Shown one piece after another: positions 9,302 to 16,522 of a stretch of DNA of 56,822 nt. A program made the position numbers and the translations under genes. Numbering within the stretch: the stretch's first letter is position 1; each line of letters opens with the position of its first letter. The notes below the pieces were generated by a model. That model did no database searches. It was not told the DNA's origin and saw nothing but the letters and a program-made list of their open reading frames with translations. The stretch is from a virus: the UHGV virus genome UHGV-0014949. The stretch is one strand, 5' to 3'.

Positions 9302-9391
9302 ATGGACAAAAGTTTAGCGGTTTTTATTACACTAGGTTCAGTCAGCGGCATATTTCTGGCTTTCTATTTACACTCAACTGGATTGGCATAA
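9302..9391 (+). CDS. tiny hydrophobic peptide (29 aa, single predicted TM)
   Basis: MDKSLAVFITLGSVSGIFLAFYLHSTGLA. Immediately followed by the terminator at 9415-9438. Weak ribosome-binding site. Confidence 0.2.
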   Translation: MDKSLAVFITLGSVSGIFLAFYLHSTGLA

Positions 9392-9414
9392 TCTACCAAA
9401 ACCAACCAGCAAAA

Positions 9415-9438
9415 CAGGCCCATATCGGGCCTTTTTTA
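9415..9438 (+). terminator. rho-independent terminator
   Basis: GGCCC-atat-c-GGGCC stem plus TTTTTT. Confidence 0.6.
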
Positions 9439-9595
9439 ATGCCTATTATTTGCGCCGTTGTTTATCATTTGAAAACAATGATTTAGATTAATTTTTCTTC
9501 AAATTTTAGGGTTGTTTTAGCCGTTTTAGGAAACAACCCCATGATGCAAATTGTCAAGCATAATTTTTTAGCACGATATAACATGCAAAATATAA

Positions 9596-10072
9596 ATGAA
9601 TATAAGTTTTAGGATTTACAAAGTTATGCCGCAATTGATCAAAAAACTAGCAGATATGATGCTAAACAGCCCTTTTGAGGTAGCAGCAATTGAAATGTCA
9701 CCGCAATTTCACCTTAAATTTGTGCATGAATTGCTCCATGATCATGGAGGGAATAAGGATATAGCTTTAGGTATGAACGGTTTATCATTTATGAATTTAC
9801 CGATACTTTTCGTGCATGGCTCAGACGATTATTTCAGGACGATCAACTCGGATCTGCACCGACTTCGGTTAAACCATACCAATTTGCTAGGTATTTATAA
9901 TGAGAAATATACAAGGCTAAAAGTTTTTATAAGTAACGGTTATAAAATAGAAAACTCTAATTCTGCTCAATTTAGCCAGACGGCGGAGCTACAGTCTTTA
10001 GTATATCGCCTAAACCAGATAGAGGGGCAAATGAAAACAATTTCACAAGAAATCTACAAAATTCAAACTTAA
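9596..10072 (+). CDS. moron-type hypothetical protein (158 aa; ATG at 9626 is an alternative start)
   Basis: ORF in an AT-rich block flanked by terminators (9415-9438 upstream, 10094-10131 downstream). Sigma70-like TTGTCA-N17-GATATA upstream. Confidence 0.5.
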   Translation: MNISFRIYKVMPQLIKKLADMMLNSPFEVAAIEMSPQFHLKFVHELLHDHGGNKDIALGMNGLSFMNLPILFVHGSDDYFRTINSDLHRLRLNHTNLLGIYNEKYTRLKVFISNGYKIENSNSAQFSQTAELQSLVYRLNQIEGQMKTISQEIYKIQT

Positions 10073-10093
10073 ATCATAATTTTTGGGTAAAAA

Positions 10094-10131
10094 AATCCCC
10101 TTTACCGGGATAGGTAAAGGGGATTTCTTTG
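10094..10131 (+). terminator. rho-independent terminator after moron gene
   Basis: TCCCCTTTACC-gggatag-GGTAAAGGGGA plus TTTCTTT. Confidence 0.7.
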
Positions 10132-10399
10132 CGATAATAGGAGTGTAGTGAATAATTCAACTACTGAGAGTAATCTCAAGACAAGAGAATACTAATATTA
10201 AATGATCAAATTTTCAAATTAATATGATCGGAAACTTATAAGTAAATATAAATGAATATAAATAATACCCTTGCTTTCTAAATGCCGTTTATATATATTT
10301 CGATCTATTCTGGACATTCTTAACGGCGTTGATCAGTCATCGCTTTTAAGCTGTTTAGTTTAGTTGAATTTTTCAGCGCAAAAAGAACCATTCAACAGG

Positions 10400-10429
10400 A
10401 AACCCGGCCCCCATTAGCCGGGTTTTTTT
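10400..10429 (+). terminator. rho-independent terminator
   Basis: CCCGGC-ccccatta-GCCGGG plus TTTTTTT. Confidence 0.7.
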
Positions 10430-10455
10430 ATTGCAAATAATTACAGGTCGAAACT

Positions 10456-11151
10456 ATGCCTACTGATCAAGTCAATAAAGAAAATCCAATCATGCAGTAT
10501 TTCGCATACGCACATTTACCAGCGCCGTTGAAGAACGTGAGCATGGTCCTAGCACATACTGCACAGCTACTTAATGAGCAATTGCCTGATGGACCAGAGA
10601 AGTCTACGGCGTTACGAAAGATGCTTGAAGCGAAGGACTGCTTTGTCCGTTCTGCCATTGGTGCGCCGAATATTGTGAATCCAAGCCGATTAACGGACGG
10701 TTATCACACTTTTCAAGAGCTGTACGTGCATAGAATGGAATTGTTCAAGGTGATATGCCACCAGAATAAATCTCACGCATGGAAATCCAAGCTTCATGAT
10801 GATGGGACCATGTACCCGAATTACTTTATTGTCGGGATTAATACACCAGAAGGCTCTTTCACTTATCACTACAAGATGGAGTTCTGGGATTCATTCAATG
10901 TTGCAGAGCTGGATCGTGCGCCTGAGTGGGATGGACATACATCGGCAGACATTACACGCCTTCACAGCTTAGACGGCCATATCATGCAGGATGCACAGAG
11001 TATTGCTTGGGATCTGGGTCGAGATATTAGCAATGAGATGAATGAAGCCGAGTTCAAAGCACAGTACCAATGCGAACCAAAGAGCGATAAGGCAACTTTT
11101 GACCTGTATGTACCGCTACAAAGCCGTAGCACTGGTGATAGCAATGAATGA
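10456..11151 (+). CDS. hypothetical protein (231 aa), partner of the DUF2829 fusion gene
   Basis: ORF track. Begins just after the terminator at 10400-10429. Contains AHTAQ, YHTFQ and GHTSAD motifs of unclear meaning. Confidence 0.5.
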   Translation: MPTDQVNKENPIMQYFAYAHLPAPLKNVSMVLAHTAQLLNEQLPDGPEKSTALRKMLEAKDCFVRSAIGAPNIVNPSRLTDGYHTFQELYVHRMELFKVICHQNKSHAWKSKLHDDGTMYPNYFIVGINTPEGSFTYHYKMEFWDSFNVAELDRAPEWDGHTSADITRLHSLDGHIMQDAQSIAWDLGRDISNEMNEAEFKAQYQCEPKSDKATFDLYVPLQSRSTGDSNE

Positions 11152-11920
11152 TCCTAAAGCTATCTTCGGAGCATTCAAAGATTTCGCCAAGCATTTAACT
11201 CTTAAGCAGGACATTCCTTTACGCCGTTTTGTGAAAGATATTGATGGAAAGATGACTGATGTAGATGTAGAGGGTGAGCGATTTAATCTACGTGTGGTTC
11301 TACAGGATGATTCGGTACTTAATGTTCAGGGACATTCGCATGATCATGTGATCTATAAGCTGAATCAGGCGATTGAGGATTACGCAGAAAAACAAGGCTG
11401 GATCAAACCAGAGCCAGTTGATGTATTACAGCGTGCAGAAGTTAAAAACTACATCATTGGTACAAGCAAAGACTTTGACTCAAGCGCACAACTTCATTTT
11501 GTGCGTTTAACGCTGCAAGATGGCGCAATTTCATCTGGTATGCACCCAAATCCAATGATTGCAGAAGAAAAAGCAATCACAGCCGCAATCGAATACAGCA
11601 TTAAAAAAGGCTGGATTGAAAAAGTATCGCCGTATTTCTCATTCAGCAAAGCATTAGAGCTGCTTAAGCAAGGTGACAAGATTGCACGTAAAGGCTGGAA
11701 CGGCGCAGATCAGTGGCTTTCTATCTCATGCCTAGATACCAAAGATATTCCTGCAGAAAGCTTTTGGTCGCCACATAACGCAGAATTTGCACGTAAGAAC
11801 GGCGGATCTGCAAAGGTAGCACCATGTATCACGCTTAAAAATGCACAAGGCATGATCATCATGGGGTGGATTCCATCCGCAGGTGATTTATTTGCTGATG
11901 ATTGGATGGTTGCAGAATGA
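11144..11920 (+). CDS. two-domain protein: unknown N-terminal domain plus C-terminal DUF2829 (Tad2-like) domain
   Basis: C-terminus FSKALELLKQGDKIARKGWNGADQWLSI ... GWIPSAGDLFADDWMVAE matches the DUF2829 hallmark (ALkqGkkvaRkGWNG ... DW.v). Start taken at the in-frame ATG 11144, overlapping the upstream stop. Confidence 0.6.
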   Translation: MNDPKAIFGAFKDFAKHLTLKQDIPLRRFVKDIDGKMTDVDVEGERFNLRVVLQDDSVLNVQGHSHDHVIYKLNQAIEDYAEKQGWIKPEPVDVLQRAEVKNYIIGTSKDFDSSAQLHFVRLTLQDGAISSGMHPNPMIAEEKAITAAIEYSIKKGWIEKVSPYFSFSKALELLKQGDKIARKGWNGADQWLSISCLDTKDIPAESFWSPHNAEFARKNGGSAKVAPCITLKNAQGMIIMGWIPSAGDLFADDWMVAE

Positions 11921-12150
11921 AAATGATTATTTCAGCGGCCATTGCAGCAGCTATTACGGGTATCTGGTGGTGCATCATCACCTTTATTGCATTTGCAATT
12001 ACCAAGTCAGGCGGTACAGGTGAATGGATTAATGAGTTTAAGCCTTATGTATTGGCTGTCATCTTCATAATCTGCTTTTTCTCAGTGTGGGTAAATATCG
12101 TTGCAGCTACAGCAACACAAAAGCGAACCCTTCGCAGTCGCTACCGTTAA
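11917..12150 (+). CDS. small membrane protein (2 predicted TM)
   Basis: MKMIISAAIAAAITGIWWCIITFIAFAI ... VLAVIFIICFFSVWVNIVAA. ATGA overlap with the upstream stop. Confidence 0.45.
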   Translation: MKMIISAAIAAAITGIWWCIITFIAFAITKSGGTGEWINEFKPYVLAVIFIICFFSVWVNIVAATATQKRTLRSRYR

Positions 12151-12160
12151 GGAAATAACA

Positions 12161-12622
12161 ATGAATAAATACGTTAAAAACCCAGTTGAAATTACTGCTA
12201 TCCAATACAAATGGAATGATCTACCTGGTCAATCACAAGATGAAGTGCAGGACAATATTGCTGATTTTGTTAATCAGAATATTGAATTACGTGGCGACAG
12301 AGTTCTTTTTTATGGCGCAATTGGCCAAGTTTCAGTTGAACCGGGTGACTGGGTTATTAAACAAAATGACCAAGACTTCTATCCATGTTCGGATGAGGTA
12401 TTTCAGCAGAACTACAAAGCAGCGCCGTCTACCTGGTTAGATCGTGTGAAGTTGGAACAGGAGCGAGTGCAAAAGGATTTATCTGCTTTAGATAAAACCC
12501 TAGATGTTGAACGCAAGCCTGATTTCATTACAGATGAACAATGGATCTTTATGACACGTCAGCAGTTCCACATGCGTCAGTACAACCAGATCTTAAAAGA
12601 TCGTATCGCTAACGCCGTTTAA
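12161..12622 (+). CDS. hypothetical protein (153 aa)
   Basis: ORF track frame. Start set at ATG 12161 (MNKYVKNPVEITAIQYKW) preceded by an AGGAAA ribosome-binding site. Confidence 0.5.
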   Translation: MNKYVKNPVEITAIQYKWNDLPGQSQDEVQDNIADFVNQNIELRGDRVLFYGAIGQVSVEPGDWVIKQNDQDFYPCSDEVFQQNYKAAPSTWLDRVKLEQERVQKDLSALDKTLDVERKPDFITDEQWIFMTRQQFHMRQYNQILKDRIANAV

Positions 12623-12674
12623 GAATACCAACCGAGCCGAACATAACAGTTTTTATAGCAATCGGTACTCAACA

Positions 12675-13124
12675 ATGTTCGGTTTATTTACCCGGCTAGC
12701 CGTCTGGTTAAGCCTTCCGGTGCTTTCTCTTGTTAAGAAAGCACATGCAGAAGGTGTATACCACACAGCAGTTAGCCAATATCCAAATGAGCTAATCATC
12801 ATTCTTTGCGGAGTAATGATGGTCTTAGGTTGTTTGGCATCCGCAGTAACGCCAGATCCAGACGGCGTACCCCCAACCAAGCCTATAGCGAAGATTGTTT
12901 ATTCAGTCTTTGGCAGCATTACCGCGCTTGTCTATATCGTTTTTTACGAGAAGGAATTAAGCCTGGTACATGCTGCTTGGGTCGGTGGCGTGTCGTTTGT
13001 GGCCCCAGCAGTCGTGCCAAGCCTTAAAGCTTTGGTATTTGATCTGCTACCGGTGGCAATGCGTAGCTTAAAAGCGTTTATCACCAAATGGATGGGTGCA
13101 GACGGAGGAAAAGGACATGAGTAA
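12675..13124 (+). CDS. multi-pass membrane protein, holin-like (lysis cassette)
   Basis: 3-4 hydrophobic segments, charged C-terminus. Immediately upstream of a second membrane protein and the endolysin. Confidence 0.45.
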   Translation: MFGLFTRLAVWLSLPVLSLVKKAHAEGVYHTAVSQYPNELIIILCGVMMVLGCLASAVTPDPDGVPPTKPIAKIVYSVFGSITALVYIVFYEKELSLVHAAWVGGVSFVAPAVVPSLKALVFDLLPVAMRSLKAFITKWMGADGGKGHE

Positions 13125-13353
13125 TTTACAAATTACATGGATTGTAGTGGGCCTGATTATGGGCCTTCTACTCATGATCCCAATCAAGCGGTGCTTCTCC
13201 ACCTACAACGGCCTTACATCAATGCTCATAGCTTCGCTAATGGGCATTTTTTCTGCCCCTTATACGTGGGTTCCCGTAGTAATTGGACTGTTCTGCTTTT
13301 CATACGGTTTTTATCAAAACCATCACAAATACATTGGAGCTACTAATGACTAA
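13096..13353 (+). CDS. small membrane protein (holin/antiholin-like, 85 aa)
   Basis: MSNLQITWIVVGLIMGLLLMIPI ... VPVVIGLFCFSYGF. Overlaps the endolysin start. Confidence 0.4.
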   Translation: MQTEEKDMSNLQITWIVVGLIMGLLLMIPIKRCFSTYNGLTSMLIASLMGIFSAPYTWVPVVIGLFCFSYGFYQNHHKYIGATND

Positions 13354-13873
13354 ACAATCAGAACTTGAATGGGTCGGCATTGGTCGCTCGAAGATCGACA
13401 CATACGAGATTAAAGGCGCAAAACATAACGCCGTCATTCTTGCTATGTGGCAATTGGCTTTTCAGGCCACGGATCAAAAGCAATGGATCAATGACGATGA
13501 AACAGCATGGTGCGGTGCTTTTACTGCTTATTGCATGGCTAAGGCTGGCTTGCCCCAGCACATCCCTAAAGCGTTTTACCGAGCTAAGGACTGGGCCAGC
13601 GTTGGTAAGCCAATCAACAAACCGGCCTATGGCTGCATCGTGGTATTCACTCGCAACGGCGGTGGACACGTTGGCATCGTAGTCGGCAAGGACCAGAAGG
13701 GAAACATCATGGTATTGGGCGGCAATCAATCGAATGCAGTCAATATCAAACCGTTCGCCGTAGGACGTGTACTGGCTTATCGCTGGTGCGGTACTCAGAA
13801 TTTACCTTGGGCTTCACGTTACGACCTACCTTTGCTGAATAGCAACGGCCAAGTCAGTACGAATGAAGCTTAA
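13346..13873 (+). CDS. CHAP / NlpC-P60 family peptidoglycan hydrolase (endolysin; TIGR02594-like)
   Basis: Cys in ETAWCGAFTAYCMAKAG and His in GCIVVFTRNGGGHVGIVVG ... VLGGNQSNAV match the CHAP catalytic arrangement. Start at ATG 13346 (MTKQSELEWVGIG). Confidence 0.7.
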   Translation: MTKQSELEWVGIGRSKIDTYEIKGAKHNAVILAMWQLAFQATDQKQWINDDETAWCGAFTAYCMAKAGLPQHIPKAFYRAKDWASVGKPINKPAYGCIVVFTRNGGGHVGIVVGKDQKGNIMVLGGNQSNAVNIKPFAVGRVLAYRWCGTQNLPWASRYDLPLLNSNGQVSTNEA

Positions 13874-13882
13874 GTCTAGTTT

Positions 13883-13926
13883 GACCGTGAGCAATTGCTC
13901 ATTAACTGTTTGTTGCGGTCTTTTTT
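13883..13926 (+). terminator. terminator-like hairpin with embedded 12-bp perfect palindrome GAGCAATTGCTC
   Basis: GACCG ... CGGTC outer stem plus TTTTTT. Palindrome at 13889-13900. Lies between the endolysin and terS. Confidence 0.4.
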
Positions 13927-13948
13927 ACAGTGGTGAGTAGCACAACAG

Positions 13949-14653
13949 ATGAAAAAATGCGGTGCGAAAACCAAAACCGGCGGCAAATGTCAGTATCAAG
14001 CAGGTCAGGGGACTGATCATCTTGGTACTGGCAAATGTCGATTACATGGCGGCGCGTCCAAGGGTGCGCCAAAAGGCAATAAGAATGCTCAAAAGCATGG
14101 CATCTACTCCAAATTATTTTCAGAAGCGGAGATGGATGCAGCAAAGGAGATGCAAGGCTCAGTCGAGAATGAACTAGCTATCGCTCGATTGCAGCTATTC
14201 AGGCTGTTACAGGAACAGCAGAAAGCTGGTGACACGCCGTATTTAGACAAGGTTGAAGAAAAAACCATTGTCCAAACCGAGGAAGAAAAAGAGAAGGACA
14301 AGAAGAAAAAAGACTTTCTCAAAATGCTAGTCAGATCAGCCAGACAAGCCGGGGAGGAATACGACCCAGACGGCGATGAAGAACACTTATTCGATGAAGG
14401 AGATCCAGCCAAGGAATCAGACATTTTTGAGCGCAAAAGAACCTTTCAACGGCGTGACTTTCAGGGTGAATTTGTCCGTTTGACTTCACTCATTGCACGA
14501 CTTGAGCAGCAGATCCTTAGCTCGAAGAAAACCAAGGCAGAGATCAAGATCATTGAAGTAACAGGTAATAAGACTGATGATGCAGACGATAAGCTCACAG
14601 ACACAGAGCTGGATAAAGAAATTCAAGAGCTTATCGGCGGATTCGAGATATAA
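13949..14653 (+). CDS. terS: terminase small subunit
   Basis: N-terminal KCGAKTKTGGKCQ ... GKCRLHGGASKGAPKGNKNAQKHGIYS motif typical of one TerS family. Acidic coiled-coil C-terminus. Directly upstream of TerL. Confidence 0.65.
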   Translation: MKKCGAKTKTGGKCQYQAGQGTDHLGTGKCRLHGGASKGAPKGNKNAQKHGIYSKLFSEAEMDAAKEMQGSVENELAIARLQLFRLLQEQQKAGDTPYLDKVEEKTIVQTEEEKEKDKKKKDFLKMLVRSARQAGEEYDPDGDEEHLFDEGDPAKESDIFERKRTFQRRDFQGEFVRLTSLIARLEQQILSSKKTKAEIKIIEVTGNKTDDADDKLTDTELDKEIQELIGGFEI

Positions 14654-14666
14654 GCTACTGGCAGAA

Positions 14667-16097
14667 ATGACCCGGGAGCAAAAGAAGAAGTTAAAGAATC
14701 TCTTAAAAGAGCTGGAAACCAGAGCCAATAGCAAGCTGTTTCAGTTTTTCCCGGATCAGGGACCATTACGGCGCGAGTTGTATCACAAGCACATGGCCTT
14801 CTTTAAGGCTGGTGCAACGGTACGTTCACGCTTATTTATGGCCGGAAACCGGGTAGGTAAAACAATTACCGGGTGTACCGAGGACGTTTACCACTTATCT
14901 GGCCTTTATCCTGAGTGGTGGGAAGGCAAAGTCTTTCATGAGCCGATCCGGGCTTGGGTCGCTGGTAAGACCAATGAAACCACACGTGACATTATCCAGC
15001 TTGAATTGCTGGGTAACGTGACCTATGAGAAAGGCAAAAAGACTTTCGATGGTACAGGCTTAATCCCGAAGCACTTAATCGGAAAGATTACCTGGCGGCA
15101 AGGTGTACAGGATCTAGCAGATACGATCCTGATCCGTCATAAGGACGGCGGATGGTCAAAGCTGGGCCTAAAATCATACCAACAGGGCCGTGGATCGTTT
15201 GAGGGTACAGCGCAGCACCTTATCCATCTGGATGAGGAACCGCCACAAGACGTATATACAGAGTGTTTAACACGTACCGCAACAACAGACGGTATCGTTT
15301 TAATCACCTTTACGCCGTTGGAAGGCTTAACGGCCATGATTCTGGACTTCATGGAGAAGGCCAAGAACGGCACAACGATCATGGTTCAGGCTGGATGGGA
15401 TGATGCACCCCATTTAACTGAGAAAACCAAGAAAGAATTACTGGCTGAGTTCCCGATACACGAACACGATGCACGTTCTAAAGGTGTACCGATCAGTGGT
15501 TCCGGTTCGATCTATCCGGTCCCAGATGAGGACCTTATGGTTGATCCGTTCGATATTCCTAAGCACTGGCCGCGCATTACCGGCATGGACTTCGGATGGG
15601 ATCACCCAACGGCAGCAGTCAACCTGGCTTGGGATCGTGACACAGACACCATTTACGCCGTGGCTGAATATGGTGCTTCACGTAAGACACCGGTGGAACA
15701 TGCGCCGAATATCCGTGGATTGTGTGACTTTGCCCCAGTCGCATGGCCACATGACGGCGTGAACACTGAGAAAGGCGGCGGTGAGCCAATCAAAGAACAG
15801 TATGTCGATACAAAGCTGAACATGCTGCATGAGAAAGCCACATTGCCAGACGGATCTAACTCAGTTGAAGCGTCAATCAGCTTGATTTTGCAGTACATGC
15901 AGAAAGGCCAGTTCAAGATATTCAAAACTTGTACGCGCTTATTAGATGAAAAACGTATCTATCACCGTAAGGACGGCAAGATCGTCAAAATCAATGACGA
16001 CTTTATTGATGCCATGCGTTACGGCGTGATGATGATTAGATTTGCAATCACTGAACCAGTGAAAACCAAGAGAGAAAGACGGAGAAACGCACTGTGA
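14667..16097 (+). CDS. terL: terminase large subunit
   Basis: Walker A MAGNRVGKTITG. Nuclease-half acidic motifs downstream. ORF-track start 14577 overlaps TerS, so ATG 14667 was chosen. Confidence 0.85.
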   Translation: MTREQKKKLKNLLKELETRANSKLFQFFPDQGPLRRELYHKHMAFFKAGATVRSRLFMAGNRVGKTITGCTEDVYHLSGLYPEWWEGKVFHEPIRAWVAGKTNETTRDIIQLELLGNVTYEKGKKTFDGTGLIPKHLIGKITWRQGVQDLADTILIRHKDGGWSKLGLKSYQQGRGSFEGTAQHLIHLDEEPPQDVYTECLTRTATTDGIVLITFTPLEGLTAMILDFMEKAKNGTTIMVQAGWDDAPHLTEKTKKELLAEFPIHEHDARSKGVPISGSGSIYPVPDEDLMVDPFDIPKHWPRITGMDFGWDHPTAAVNLAWDRDTDTIYAVAEYGASRKTPVEHAPNIRGLCDFAPVAWPHDGVNTEKGGGEPIKEQYVDTKLNMLHEKATLPDGSNSVEASISLILQYMQKGQFKIFKTCTRLLDEKRIYHRKDGKIVKINDDFIDAMRYGVMMIRFAITEPVKTKRERRRNAL

Positions 16098-16522
16098 TCA
16101 ATATCGAGTACGGTATTTTAAAAGAGCTTCAAGTTAGAAGTAAGTTCGGTGTACGTGCCGCAGTTGTGAATGTGGTTATCCGTGAAAATGGCAAGGAGCC
16201 AGTAGACGATGCAGCATTACTGATCATGCGCCGTTCTTTCGGTCTAGGTCGAATGCACATCATCCTTAGACAAAATATGCACGCTGTATTGGATACGCAA
16301 GAGCTTATTCAAATGGCCCATGATGCAACAGTTAAACTTTTTGGATCTGCCGATAAAGATAATCTGCATCGTATGGCTGATCTACTGCTTGACCACACAG
16401 ACGAGCTTGTATTGCACCCACCAGAGGACCAGATGCGCCTTTGGAAGAAAGAACAGAAGGTACTTGAGCAGTCGCAAGCATTAATCAAAGTCAACGATAA
16501 AGTTATTTTGGATGCTCGATAA
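16094..16522 (+). CDS. hypothetical protein (142 aa) between TerL and portal
   Basis: ORF track. ATGA-coupled on both sides. Confidence 0.45.
   Translation: MINIEYGILKELQVRSKFGVRAAVVNVVIRENGKEPVDDAALLIMRRSFGLGRMHIILRQNMHAVLDTQELIQMAHDATVKLFGSADKDNLHRMADLLLDHTDELVLHPPEDQMRLWKKEQKVLEQSQALIKVNDKVILDAR

Noticed and set aside
10456-11151. Acb1-like 2H phosphoesterase idea for the 231 aa protein, based on three H-x-T motifs
   Set aside because: Motifs AHTAQ, YHTFQ and GHTSAD lack the hydrophobic flanks typical of 2H phosphoesterase H-x-T/S-x motifs and the spacing is atypical. Left as unknown.
14577-14666. ORF-track start for terminase large subunit at 14577
   Set aside because: It would overlap the terS C-terminus by 77 nt in another frame. 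The in-frame ATG at 14667 just after the terS stop was preferred.
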